Of a DNA stretch of 64,000 nt, positions 1 through 9,373 are shown piece after piece (within the stretch, counting starts at the first letter, position 1; each line of letters opens with the position of its first letter). The notes under the pieces were generated by a model. The model was not told where the DNA came from, did not search any database, and worked only from the letters and a program-made list of their open reading frames with translations. The translations under genes and the position numbers were made by a program. Location of the stretch: positions 1 to 64,000 of the IMG/VR virus record IMGVR_UViG_2724679206_000002. The stretch is one strand, 5' to 3'. The DNA is from a virus (taxonomy: Duplodnaviria > Caudoviricetes).

Positions 1-29
1 TTATTTAACAGGGCTTTGATTTGGTTTTA

Positions 30-140
30 AGTTGCTGTTAAATATAGTTTTTATATAGTAGTTGTTGTTAATAAATACGGTAAAAACAGCAACTTTGGTG
101 ATTATGTAAAACAAATACTTACGATATAGTTTTGCTGCTG
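30..140. promoter_or_regulatory. Probable att-arm region (integrase arm-type repeats) downstream of int
   Basis: AGTTGCTGTT (30-39), AGTTGTTGTT (60-69) and inverted AACAGCAACT (85-94) in AT-rich DNA next to the integrase 3' end. Confidence 0.4.
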
Positions 141-205
141 AATTTCCTGTCAACAATACCAATATAAAAGCCCAACACTGTGAGCTTTTATAAATCTGCT
201 GTACC

Positions 206-1324
206 TTATTTGAAAGGTAAATCAATTCCAATATCCGCATCATTCCAAATAATCTCATGTCCTGATGCATACATTTCTGTCATTTTTTCTGTAGCATGCC
301 CGGCTAAGGTTTGAGCTGATTTTCCCGCTTTTTTATGCAGATGGATTGAAAGGGCTCGGATTTCATGAAAACTTGGAAACTGGCGTCCAGTTAAGCCTGG
401 GTATGCATTTGCTTTCTTGCCGGCAACTAAAAATTCCCGAGACACATAATGAGGCTCTAATTGTGTCCAGTGTTTCTTAACCTGTCCCTTATTTTTGGTT
501 TTGCCTTTTGGAACCCTATGAATAATGTACGGACTGAGCACATTATCCATACATCGATCTAATACCTGCTGCAGTTCATCGTTGATTTTAATGCGCACAT
601 AGCCAGCGCCCTCGAGAAGCTCAAATTCATCTTCAGGATCATCGGTTGTTTTCTCCTGCGCCACATGCAGATAGCCATCGCGGATATCCGACCATTTCAT
701 ATTTATGATATCAATGCGTCGCTGAGTTGTGAGCATGGCTAAGTCAATGGCGTTTTTTAGCCACTGTGGCGAAACATCGCGAATGGCTTTTAGGCCCTCT
801 ATAGTGTGGCGCTTCCGTTGCTTAATTCTATATCGCTTGATTGTTTGTGCAGCAGGGTTGTCAATAACCAGCCCTTTGCTGATTGCTAAGTCAAAAATCT
901 GGATCAGCAGGCTTCGTGTTTCAATGCTGGTTGATGCTGGCAGGCTTTCCAGCAGCTGATTTGTCATGAATAGCGTAATAGAAGATAACGCTTTATCACT
1001 CCATTCAGCACAGCGATTCAAACTATGGGTGTATGTTTTGATTGAATTCGGTGCAAGCGGCCGGCCGTCTTTTCGGCGTTTTTCAGACAAGAATTTTTGA
1101 GAAAATTCACCGAAAGTCACTTCGCCAATCACAGTCATCACAAGATCTGTAGATGGTGTTAAAATTTCATTTAACTTACGCGCAGCGCTCACTGCTTTAG
1201 ATTTATCCAGCCCCATCGTGTGCCACTTACCCGTCAATGGATGGCGATATCTCCATCCATTGCCCGTGTTTCTGTATAGATTTGCAGGCAAATCTTTGTT
1301 TCTCTTTGTGCGTGGTCGAGCCAT
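206..1324 (-). CDS. int: Tyrosine recombinase / phage integrase with N-terminal arm-binding domain
   Basis: MARPR...LPANLY N-terminus; catalytic R (TTQRRID), HxxR (FHEIRAL), LAGH...Y. Confidence 0.95.
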   Translation of the reverse strand: MARPRTKRNKDLPANLYRNTGNGWRYRHPLTGKWHTMGLDKSKAVSAARKLNEILTPSTDLVMTVIGEVTFGEFSQKFLSEKRRKDGRPLAPNSIKTYTHSLNRCAEWSDKALSSITLFMTNQLLESLPASTSIETRSLLIQIFDLAISKGLVIDNPAAQTIKRYRIKQRKRHTIEGLKAIRDVSPQWLKNAIDLAMLTTQRRIDIINMKWSDIRDGYLHVAQEKTTDDPEDEFELLEGAGYVRIKINDELQQVLDRCMDNVLSPYIIHRVPKGKTKNKGQVKKHWTQLEPHYVSREFLVAGKKANAYPGLTGRQFPSFHEIRALSIHLHKKAGKSAQTLAGHATEKMTEMYASGHEIIWNDADIGIDLPFK

Positions 1325-1328
1325 GCTA

Positions 1329-1538
1329 TTAACTTCCTAAAACTTTATCGACTAGATCATCACCAGTTTGTTTTTGGTAGATGTTCCACTTGATGTACCA
1401 CAATTTGCCTTTTTGCTCAGCGGGTATTAATCCAAGGCGGCATTGTCGCACAATGGTTTGGCGAGTAGGGGGAGTAGCCTCATGCTCGCCGTATACTCGC
1501 TTGATAAACTCAGAAACTTTAATTAAACATGCGCTCAT
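1329..1538 (-). CDS. Excisionase-like small DNA-binding protein
   Basis: 69 aa immediately upstream of int; wHTH-like CRLGLIPAEQKGKLWYI; start reassigned to ATG 1538. Confidence 0.7.
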   Translation of the reverse strand: MSACLIKVSEFIKRVYGEHEATPPTRQTIVRQCRLGLIPAEQKGKLWYIKWNIYQKQTGDDLVDKVLGS

Positions 1539-1795
1539 AACATCACCTTCAACATAATTGCTTGAGCCTGAAGGCGCAGAACAAATTCCTTCCCATTCTT
1601 CAGCCACAATTTCAGGAATAGCTCAAAACGCTTTTGAGCCGCTTCATTCATTTTTCCAAGCCGATCTATTTTTAGACCGGGCTTGTTCGCTTTAGTAAAA
1701 ATTGCTTCACCAATGATTTTATTGATTACGCATTGATAGCCATCACTTGCCACAAACATTGTGAACGCTGGTATTAGATTTTCAGGGCAAATCAT
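1535..1795 (-). CDS. Hypothetical phage protein
   Basis: ORF coupled by ATGA overlaps in the leftward early operon. Confidence 0.7.
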   Translation of the reverse strand: MICPENLIPAFTMFVASDGYQCVINKIIGEAIFTKANKPGLKIDRLGKMNEAAQKRFELFLKLWLKNGKEFVLRLQAQAIMLKVML

Positions 1796-3009
1796 AGCGC
1801 TGCCTCACTGCCAGAATTCTCTAACTCAAAACGGCGGCGTTTTACATACCCCATGAGTTTGGGCTGAATATCTGCATGTCTGGTTGATGCTTCGATTTCT
1901 AAGCAATCCAATTCAGTTAAATCTTTAGCATTCTGAATTTGCACCATTAATGACGGCGGTTCTTTAACTTGAGCACTTTCAGGTGGATTCAGTTCATTCA
2001 AGCGCTTATGAATTGCATCAAGAAGAGGCTTACGCTGTTCTTCAGTCCAAGATTTGGTATAACCAGTCAGGGCAGTGGCCTCTGCTGGTAATGCCGCATT
2101 GGCTGCGCGCTGCAGCAGATCGTCAAGAAGTTTCGGATATTCAAGTTCAGCTTCATAAGCTAACTTATTATCAGTAACTAACTTTTCCGCTTCAATCTGC
2201 AGGCGCTGAAGTTCTTCAATACTTAATTCTTCTGGCTCAGGATTAGATGCATATTGCTCAGGATCAAGTTCAAGCAATTTAGCTTCAGTCAGTCTGCATA
2301 AGTGCTGCTGATCTTCACGTTCAAGATGACCGTTTGCAAAAAATACTGGGCGCAACCCCAGAACAGCTTCAGTAGAAGTACATGCATTAATCTTCGCCGT
2401 GAATTCTTCGATAATTTGAGCAGGATCAGTTTTGATCTCATCTACATCTTCAATAGAGAAAGCGGTCCGTGCTGCAGGTTTGGTTTCAGTTGGCGCTGCG
2501 GCATCATTCAAAGTTGCACCTTGAATGTTCACTGAATCTACGGCTTTAGTTTTGCGCGGACGTTTCTTTGGCTTATCGTTAAACCCGTCCTTTACTTCGA
2601 TTTCAGTGATCATATTGCCAAAGGTTTTGCCAAACGCTTGAAGCTGGAGTTTTGCATTATCAATATCAAGTTGAGCAAAGCCATTAGCCACGCTTAAGCA
2701 AATATCACCATGCTCATGATCATATGTAGTGCGCAAAATGCATGTTGGCATGACGATAAAAATTTCTTGCCCAGTTTCCAAATCATGTGGCTCTGCTGGC
2801 TTTGTAAATTGAATGCCAGCCAAGGTCAGCATTTCTCGCTTAATACAAAATTCATAATCAGGCAGCGCAAAAATTGTTGCAGGGAATTGATCAAGATCAT
2901 CAAAATCCACCGTTTGGTCAGCTAGACGGCATATTACATGCTTGCCCGCCATCATGGCATTAAAAGCTTCTGTACCTGAAAGAATAGGGTTCATTGATAT
3001 ATTCTCCAA
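1792..3009 (-). CDS. Hypothetical phage protein (405 aa, acidic helical C-terminus)
   Basis: Long ORF with GGAG RBS, in the early left operon. Confidence 0.75.
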   Translation of the reverse strand: MENISMNPILSGTEAFNAMMAGKHVICRLADQTVDFDDLDQFPATIFALPDYEFCIKREMLTLAGIQFTKPAEPHDLETGQEIFIVMPTCILRTTYDHEHGDICLSVANGFAQLDIDNAKLQLQAFGKTFGNMITEIEVKDGFNDKPKKRPRKTKAVDSVNIQGATLNDAAAPTETKPAARTAFSIEDVDEIKTDPAQIIEEFTAKINACTSTEAVLGLRPVFFANGHLEREDQQHLCRLTEAKLLELDPEQYASNPEPEELSIEELQRLQIEAEKLVTDNKLAYEAELEYPKLLDDLLQRAANAALPAEATALTGYTKSWTEEQRKPLLDAIHKRLNELNPPESAQVKEPPSLMVQIQNAKDLTELDCLEIEASTRHADIQPKLMGYVKRRRFELENSGSEAAL

Positions 3010-3708
3010 TTAATGATGCATGCTGTTTTGCTGCGGGTTTTGATTTTGCTGCGGCGGTGCGTCCGACCAGCCCATTTGATCCGCTCGAGCGCGGCAGGCT
3101 TGTTGAATTTGATTATTAAATTTTGTATTGCCAAAGGTATTAATGGCCTTGTCCAACGTTTCAGGCTTTTTCGCATTGCGTATAGACACCAAAGCATCTT
3201 GATAGCGCTGTTCTAAAGGTTTCTGCTGGTTATTTGTTTGCTGCTGTGCCGGCGGATTTTTGGGTGCAGATTGGCGCTGCTGCCCTTGATTTGACTGACC
3301 GCGGTTAGCCTGCTGATTCACTTGGTTGTGATATTCGTCTGAATCATAGTCTTTGGTGTCGTCAATCAAGAACATGCCATTCAGGGCATACTTTCGTGCG
3401 TATGAGCTGGATGTACCAAATGTCTGCGCGACGTCCATGCCTTTCTTATCAATTTCCACGCCAGCATGCGCCGTAACAGTAGTTTCTTTGCCATCGGCAT
3501 CGGTAAATACAACTTTTGCTGTAACCACAACTACTGGGCCAACTTGCTGCACTTCGTCCGTAATAACCAAAGTTGAATTGGTTGCCTGCAGCAAAGGCTT
3601 AACAGCTTCAAGGATGTCTTCGCAGCTGCGGAAATAGTATTTACCAAACTTGTTGTATTTGCTCTTTGGCGCTTTTAATTCAAGCTGGATTTGTTGTAAT
3701 GCGTTCAT
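3010..3708 (-). CDS. ERF-family single-strand annealing protein
   Basis: LKAPKSKYNKFGKYYFRSCEDIL and GTSSSYARKYALNGMFLIDD motifs, Q/N-rich linker. Confidence 0.88.
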   Translation of the reverse strand: MNALQQIQLELKAPKSKYNKFGKYYFRSCEDILEAVKPLLQATNSTLVITDEVQQVGPVVVVTAKVVFTDADGKETTVTAHAGVEIDKKGMDVAQTFGTSSSYARKYALNGMFLIDDTKDYDSDEYHNQVNQQANRGQSNQGQQRQSAPKNPPAQQQTNNQQKPLEQRYQDALVSIRNAKKPETLDKAINTFGNTKFNNQIQQACRARADQMGWSDAPPQQNQNPQQNSMHH

Positions 3709-3727
3709 TTTATTTCTCCCAGCTCAA

Positions 3728-4315
3728 TTATTTAAACGACGTGCCAGATGCATCAGTGTTGTGTTTTGCAATCTTGTACTGCTCACACTCATGGCGTGAC
3801 TTCCAGCGCGTAAAGCTGTGGTGACGGGTCACACGATCCAATTTGCGCTGCGGGTTCACGACACTCTTAACTGCAGTTTGGAATGGTAATGAATTGACTA
3901 GATCTGCTGGAGCGGCTTTATACATGCCGTTATCAACTATCACTACACCATTTAACCAGGAGAAAATCGGGGCATTCTTATCAAATACATTGCGGTCGAA
4001 GCCTTTAGAAAAATCTGCAGAAACCTTGATGATGTATTCGAACCCATTTACATCCACTTTATAGCCGTGGCTTACGCGGCAGATGAAGCGGGCAGTGATC
4101 TTCTGAGCGCCCAGAACTTCATTTACATTGCGGCGAATCCAAGACTTTGCAGCAAGCGTGGCTTCTTCTACGCGGTTAAGTTCACCTGCAGTATTTAGGA
4201 TGTAGATTTCATTATTCTTCACGCAGTAAACCGTGTTACCCATGCGGATGCGATGGAAGCCTGCATCATCTAGGCCTAAGTCTTCACGGAATGGTTTATC
4301 AAAAGTCTTGTTCAT
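3728..4315 (-). CDS. Hypothetical phage protein
   Basis: 195-aa ORF in the early left operon. Confidence 0.7.
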   Translation of the reverse strand: MNKTFDKPFREDLGLDDAGFHRIRMGNTVYCVKNNEIYILNTAGELNRVEEATLAAKSWIRRNVNEVLGAQKITARFICRVSHGYKVDVNGFEYIIKVSADFSKGFDRNVFDKNAPIFSWLNGVVIVDNGMYKAAPADLVNSLPFQTAVKSVVNPQRKLDRVTRHHSFTRWKSRHECEQYKIAKHNTDASGTSFK

Positions 4316-4743
4316 TAGGCAGCTTCCAGCAGTTTGTATTGGAGCATGTGAGCCACCAGCATTTGGTTAATGCTGAGATGGTCGTTGAAGTCGGTAAAGT
4401 CGCGGATTGGATAGCCAGATGTATCCATGACTTTGTCTACAGATAGATTTGTGATTTCGGCATTGGTGAATTCACTGCCGGGTACGCCGTATGAGTCATC
4501 GATGCGTTCGAAGTCAAAGCTGACGTCTAGAGTAAAGCCGTCTAAGCGGACAACTGCAGTGCCTGAGTTGGCCGTGTTGAATTGCATAGCGGCCACAGCG
4601 TTATACGCTGGGGCGATTTGATCATTGGATGATGGCATGCCGCCAAAGTCTGGCTGGTATGCGTATGCTAATGCGCCAATTGCGATGCTGGCTGTAAATA
4701 CGCTTACAGCAAAGCTATTGAAAGGAGTAAAGGTTTTGTTCAT
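4315..4743 (-). CDS. Hypothetical protein with N-terminal hydrophobic segment, first gene of the PL operon
   Basis: Start reassigned to ATG 4743 (MNKTFTPF) because the upstream extension overlaps the OL operators. Confidence 0.65.
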   Translation of the reverse strand: MNKTFTPFNSFAVSVFTASIAIGALAYAYQPDFGGMPSSNDQIAPAYNAVAAMQFNTANSGTAVVRLDGFTLDVSFDFERIDDSYGVPGSEFTNAEITNLSVDKVMDTSGYPIRDFTDFNDHLSINQMLVAHMLQYKLLEAA

Positions 4744-4820
4744 ACTTATCTCGCAGTTATCTGTAAAAGCGCCTCGGGTCTCAAACTTCGGCGCTTTTTT
4801 GTTGTCTGGTGAAATAAATA

Positions 4821-4877
4821 CTACTTTAAGTAGAAATATTGTCAATACTTTGTAGAATGTTTTTCTACTTTAGGTTG
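4821..4877. promoter_or_regulatory. OL: three 13-bp CI operators
   Basis: CTACTTTAAGTAG (4821), CAATACTTTGTAG (4843), CTACTTTAGGTTG (4865), 22 bp apart; same palindrome as between cI and cro. Confidence 0.8.
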
Positions 4878-4937
4878 TTTTGTTTTATAGTGGGCAAAAG
4901 AAAACCCATCACTGGGATGGGTTGGATGGAGCTTGTT

Positions 4938-5252
4938 ATGAAATTAGAATCAATAATATTTATGGAAAATAGACTTCATGAGAAATCAACTCAGCTATAT
5001 CTAGAAAATTTTCCATGTACAGAAGATGAGTTTTATGTACCAGTGGGCGACTACACCAAACCAATTGGTTATCTAAAATTTAAACAAATATCTAAGAAAT
5101 ACTGCTTTGAATTATCCGAGCTAGTGTCCCTAGATTATCCCAACCCAAATCCACAATTTTCGTTGTCAGGTGTTTTATACTCTCGGCAGAAAGCGATCGA
5201 AGCCCATCAAGCAATTTGTGCTTATCAGCAGGGGGTAAGTCAGCTGCCATGA
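4938..5252 (+). CDS. Possible small hypothetical protein overlapping the convergent gene 5092-5601
   Basis: GGAG RBS before ATG 4938; long 3' antisense overlap lowers confidence. Confidence 0.4.
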   Translation: MKLESIIFMENRLHEKSTQLYLENFPCTEDEFYVPVGDYTKPIGYLKFKQISKKYCFELSELVSLDYPNPNPQFSLSGVLYSRQKAIEAHQAICAYQQGVSQLP

Positions 5253-5601
5253 TCTTAGATTCCAATAGTAGTTTAAGTTGATCGGCTTCAAATTTAACAG
5301 TCACCACACCCAATATAGCTGACAAGCCACCATCATTAGCCATGAAGTCTGCGCCTTTTTGGGTTAGTCGAGTGAATCCAAGGCTAAACAAGTGACTTCC
5401 TGATCCACCCAATTCAAAACGAATATGAATACTTTTTGGTTCAAGCAACTCATGAGACTGCAAATAGAATAGATTTGCATAAATTTTTCTGAGTTGCTCC
5501 TCGTTTGAGTTATTAATCAGATCCGAAAAGTCATAGGGAGATGGATAAACATCTGCCATCTTGCTCATTAACTCTAGTTGCAGTTGCCTATCAAGCAGCA
5601 T
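5092..5601 (-). CDS. Phage protein with winged-helix-like N-terminus, paralog of 5620-6129
   Basis: LTQKGADFMANDGGLSAILGVVTVKFE; GGAG RBS. Confidence 0.8.
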   Translation of the reverse strand: MLLDRQLQLELMSKMADVYPSPYDFSDLINNSNEEQLRKIYANLFYLQSHELLEPKSIHIRFELGGSGSHLFSLGFTRLTQKGADFMANDGGLSAILGVVTVKFEADQLKLLLESKIMAADLPPADKHKLLDGLRSLSAESIKHLTTKIVDLGWDNLGTLARIIQSSIS

Positions 5602-5619
5602 TTTCTCTCCTTAAGTTTA

Positions 5620-6129
5620 TTAGAAAGAACTCAACCACGTTCCAATTACAGTCATTGCACCCGGTAGATTATCAACACACTCATCCAGTAGTTTTGTGGT
5701 CAGGTGTTTTATGGACTCGGCGGGAAGCTCTTCGAGTGCAAGAGTCATTGACTGCTTTTGCTCTTGGCTTAGATCCGATTCATTAATTTTAGTACTAATA
5801 ATGGCTTTCAGAGTTTCAGTTTCAAACCTGATCGTTACCACGTTTAAGATGGCCGATAGACCACCATCATCTTTTAGAAAATCCAAGCCTTTTTCGGTAA
5901 TTTCTGGCTTCATGACAAGAATGGAGCCGCCCCCATTTCCAGATGTACTATGCACCACTTTAGTGGAGTTTTCGGTAAGGAGGCCGTGACCCTTGAGATA
6001 GTTCAAATTGACAGCAATTTTATAATACTCAGGAGTATCTGGCTTTCGCTCGTAATCAGTCCATACAAATGGGTAACATTCTGCGATCTTACTCAACAAC
6101 TCAAGCTGTAACACTCGATCTAAAATCAT
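5620..6129 (-). CDS. Phage protein with winged-helix-like N-terminus, paralog of 5092-5601
   Basis: ITEKGLDFLKDDGGLSAILNVVTIRFE; same 169-aa length. Confidence 0.8.
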   Translation of the reverse strand: MILDRVLQLELLSKIAECYPFVWTDYERKPDTPEYYKIAVNLNYLKGHGLLTENSTKVVHSTSGNGGGSILVMKPEITEKGLDFLKDDGGLSAILNVVTIRFETETLKAIISTKINESDLSQEQKQSMTLALEELPAESIKHLTTKLLDECVDNLPGAMTVIGTWLSSF

Positions 6130-6195
6130 ATTTTTCTCAATTTTAAAGACCCGCGTCGGGTTCGTAATTTTAATGAATTCTTTGTTTGAAACAGA

Positions 6196-6537
6196 TCATT
6201 CACACGTAATGCTTAATTTTTCTTTGTAGTAATTCAAAGCTATATCTAGGTCTTTTAATAGCTGTGCTTCAGTGTAATCATTTGGCTGAAGTTTCAATAG
6301 TGATGGCATATAGTTGGTTTTGTATTCTGTAGGGTAATCCTTGCAGATTATGTTGATTTGCTCAGCTTTAGATGTGTTTGGGCTATCAAGCTTATCCAGA
6401 TAGCTGCCGATAATGATATCTGATTTTTTAAATTGAGTCTCAGCTGCGGCATGTGTCTTCGGGTCTTCGGCCTGTTGCTTTTGGCAGCCGGTGATTGAAA
6501 TTGCTAGAAGCAGGGCAATAATTAGTTTAGTTTTCAT
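6196..6537 (-). CDS. Putative lipoprotein
   Basis: Signal peptide MKTKLIIALLLAISITG-C lipobox. Confidence 0.75.
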   Translation of the reverse strand: MKTKLIIALLLAISITGCQKQQAEDPKTHAAAETQFKKSDIIIGSYLDKLDSPNTSKAEQINIICKDYPTEYKTNYMPSLLKLQPNDYTEAQLLKDLDIALNYYKEKLSITCE

Positions 6538-6643
6538 AGTTTTGTCTTGTTGTTATTGGTGGGTGAATTATATGCGGAAATATGAAAAAGAAAACCCAAA
6601 AAAACTAGTAGGGTGGTGAAGATATTTATTCCAAAATTTTTAA

Positions 6644-7309
6644 TTAAATTGGTAAATTATCAAAAATAAAATTTATTACATCATCCTCATCTAGCCCAAT
6701 AAATGAAAAATTAGATTCCTTTGTAACGATAAATTTAATATTGAAATATTGCTTAAAATATAAGTCAATTTTATAAATAGAATAATGGTTGGTTTTTAAT
6801 AGTGATGTGTATGCTTCTAATGAATTAATATCTTTATTTTGAGTGTAGAAAATATTTTTTGAAAATATATTGTTAGGGTATAAACCATCTCTAAACTCTA
6901 CTTTTGAGATGTAGTCAATCTTGTCGCGCCAGTAATCAAGCAAATTAAGCAGATTTAAGTCTTCCTTGGATAGGAAAAAGTCAAAATGAAATAATTTTGA
7001 CAAAAAGTTTTTTAAATTTGAGATGCTTCTAGGTTGATTTATAATAACAAAGTTAAATGTAGTTCTATTATATATTCTAAAAATAACCTCTTTTGTTGAA
7101 AGTCTCTCTAAAGATTTTTTTATATTATTGGTGTCATAATACTCTTCAATAATAACTTGATTGAGAGAATACTTTAGCTCGATATATTGCAATCGCTTTC
7201 TAGAAATGGAAATAGACTCATTAATCCTGGCAGATTTATTTTCAAAATAATCTGCCAATTGATTAAAATTAGAGGGGAATGATGCTGTATAAAAGCTTAA
7301 TTTACTCAT
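6644..7309 (-). CDS. Third gene of AT-rich putative anti-phage operon
   Basis: Start reassigned to ATG 7309 (ATGAGTAA overlap with upstream stop); very AT-rich. Confidence 0.65.
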   Translation of the reverse strand: MSKLSFYTASFPSNFNQLADYFENKSARINESISISRKRLQYIELKYSLNQVIIEEYYDTNNIKKSLERLSTKEVIFRIYNRTTFNFVIINQPRSISNLKNFLSKLFHFDFFLSKEDLNLLNLLDYWRDKIDYISKVEFRDGLYPNNIFSKNIFYTQNKDINSLEAYTSLLKTNHYSIYKIDLYFKQYFNIKFIVTKESNFSFIGLDEDDVINFIFDNLPI

Positions 7310-8402
7310 CGCCAACAACCAGACTATTATTATACTCTTCAATAGTTCTATCAAAATTTTTATATAAAAATCCATCAAAAAATTTAAAAAAAATAGATTT
7401 TTCATTGTCTTTAAATTTGTGACGATCTAGAGTATACCGCTCACCTTTTGAATTTTGTTTATAGTAGCATTTTAGGTCATAGAAAAATCTGGAACAGTCT
7501 TTGACATTAAGAAAGCCTGCATTGATCTCTAGTAGTTTTTTGTCTTTCGTATCTTCTACATGCCAAGTAATTTCTGTAATGTAATGTCCAAGTTTTTTTA
7601 AGCCTTTATACAAATCATTGGTATGTAAGGATGATCCAGATAATTGAGCTGATTTAAGAAACCCTTCTTCTTTTTCCAGATCTTCTTTAACCAACTCCAC
7701 AGCTTTATTGTTTTTACTATGGTGTAATTTAATTTTTTTAACATCGCGGAGTTGATATCTATTATCATCTAAAATAATTAAATTAATAAAGAAATTAGTT
7801 CTATAATCAGATATCTTAACGTCTTTTAAACTTACCTCTTTTGATTTTAGAGTCCCATTGGATTTCCCCGAAACTTTTTGAATAATATTATTAATAATTG
7901 GTTCTAAGACTTCCTCAGAATCAAATCTAAGGATGACATCACTTCCATTCTTTTCAACAGTAATTTTCTGGTCTTTTAATGGTTTTTGAATTAAACGTGT
8001 ATTACTTAGCTCTACTGAAGAAGTTGTAAGATTAACTTCATATTTATTCACACCTTTTCCAGCATGACTCATTTGATTATCAACATATTGAGGCGCTATT
8101 TCTTGTATTGCTTCTTTAAAATATTTAAATTCCGCACCAGAAAACTGCATAGTAGTTGTTTTTGCATTTTTTTCATCATGATTTATGCTATCAAGCAAAG
8201 CTTTTAATTTATTCCAATCAGAAACTTGAGTTGAAATAAAATGGCAAATTGATTCTCTATTTTCATTATTAGATAAAAAAACTCCGTAGTTTCTACAAAT
8301 TTCTAATAGCTTATCATCTGGTAACTTTTGTTTTTGACTGTAAATTGCATCAAAAATTTCTCTATCAGAAACCAGCAGGTTATCAAATCCAAATTTTTTC
8401 AT
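7302..8402 (-). CDS. Second gene of putative anti-phage operon (GAPS4b-like by recollection)
   Basis: TAATG coupling to the nuclease gene; AT-rich; N-terminus SDREIFDAI...LLEICRNYGVFLS. Confidence 0.55.
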   Translation of the reverse strand: MKKFGFDNLLVSDREIFDAIYSQKQKLPDDKLLEICRNYGVFLSNNENRESICHFISTQVSDWNKLKALLDSINHDEKNAKTTTMQFSGAEFKYFKEAIQEIAPQYVDNQMSHAGKGVNKYEVNLTTSSVELSNTRLIQKPLKDQKITVEKNGSDVILRFDSEEVLEPIINNIIQKVSGKSNGTLKSKEVSLKDVKISDYRTNFFINLIILDDNRYQLRDVKKIKLHHSKNNKAVELVKEDLEKEEGFLKSAQLSGSSLHTNDLYKGLKKLGHYITEITWHVEDTKDKKLLEINAGFLNVKDCSRFFYDLKCYYKQNSKGERYTLDRHKFKDNEKSIFFKFFDGFLYKNFDRTIEEYNNSLVVGDE

Positions 8403-9355
8403 TATCTTAAAGCCATTCCAATTTCAATTTCGCTAAACTCTGTCGTAAAGTGCTTGATCTTTTGAATATCAATTTTATTTAAGAGATCTTTTAGATCAGG
8501 ATCTTTAATGTTTAATAAGCTTTCACATTTTCTAATTGCATTTTTAAAATTTGCAGGTGCAAATGCACATTGTTCAAGTTGATAAATAGTAATCTTACTT
8601 TCAATATCAAGTAGTTGATGATGTCGTAAATAGTCAATTAAATAAACAAATTCATCAATCTCTTCACCCTCAGCTCTATAGAAAATAATAACAGTTTTAA
8701 GGGTTTTGTCTTCTAGAATGATGAAAGGTGATTTCAAAAGTTCAATAGTGGCTGCTTTACTATTACCAATAGTAGCCTGATCTTTTCTTTGAGGGTAAAA
8801 AAAAGTGTAATCGCTTGATATTTGCTTCTTATGTTGTAGTCGACCAAGATGTAGAGCAATATTATTTAACCAATAAATATCACTAGGATCTAATATATAT
8901 AGCCTGCTATTTTTGGGAGTATTAATACTAATATTTGTAACTTTATTAAATTTTGAAGTTAGTGATTTTATATATTTATTATCATGATTATAGATAAACA
9001 ACATACCATGCACTTTAAAATCTGAAGCACCTTCTAAATACAAAGTTTGCCATTCTTCGCTTATTTCAGAACATTCCACTTGCATTGAAAGGCTTTGCAA
9101 GACTTCATTTAGATTTAAACTGCTTAGAGTGCTCTCAGAAAAACTTTTGAGATCAGTATGAATATAAGTAACTGTGTTTGTGTATGGATCATTGTAATAA
9201 AAGACGACATCTGCTGGATGAGTATTTTTCTCATGCTCAGCATTTTCACATTTCCAATTAAGGTCTTCAAAAGTACATTTTTCCCACCCAAAATAATTAA
9301 ACAGTTCTTCAGAAATTAGAGCAGCCATTTTGCCAATATTGCTAGTTTCAGCCAT
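8402..9355 (-). CDS. PD-(D/E)xK nuclease-like protein (GAPS4a-like by recollection)
   Basis: THPADVVF...HTDLKSF motif; begins 18 bp after the cI stop. Confidence 0.6.
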   Translation of the reverse strand: MAETSNIGKMAALISEELFNYFGWEKCTFEDLNWKCENAEHEKNTHPADVVFYYNDPYTNTVTYIHTDLKSFSESTLSSLNLNEVLQSLSMQVECSEISEEWQTLYLEGASDFKVHGMLFIYNHDNKYIKSLTSKFNKVTNISINTPKNSRLYILDPSDIYWLNNIALHLGRLQHKKQISSDYTFFYPQRKDQATIGNSKAATIELLKSPFIILEDKTLKTVIIFYRAEGEEIDEFVYLIDYLRHHQLLDIESKITIYQLEQCAFAPANFKNAIRKCESLLNIKDPDLKDLLNKIDIQKIKHFTTEFSEIEIGMALR

Positions 9356-9373
9356 TTTTTATACCTAAATTAA

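Noticed and set aside
1-270. 89-aa minus-strand ORF overlapping the integrase end
   Set aside because: Runs through the int terminator and probable att arm; no recognisable features
3728-4743. Adjacent genes both starting MNKTF as a duplication
   Set aside because: Similarity is limited to five residues
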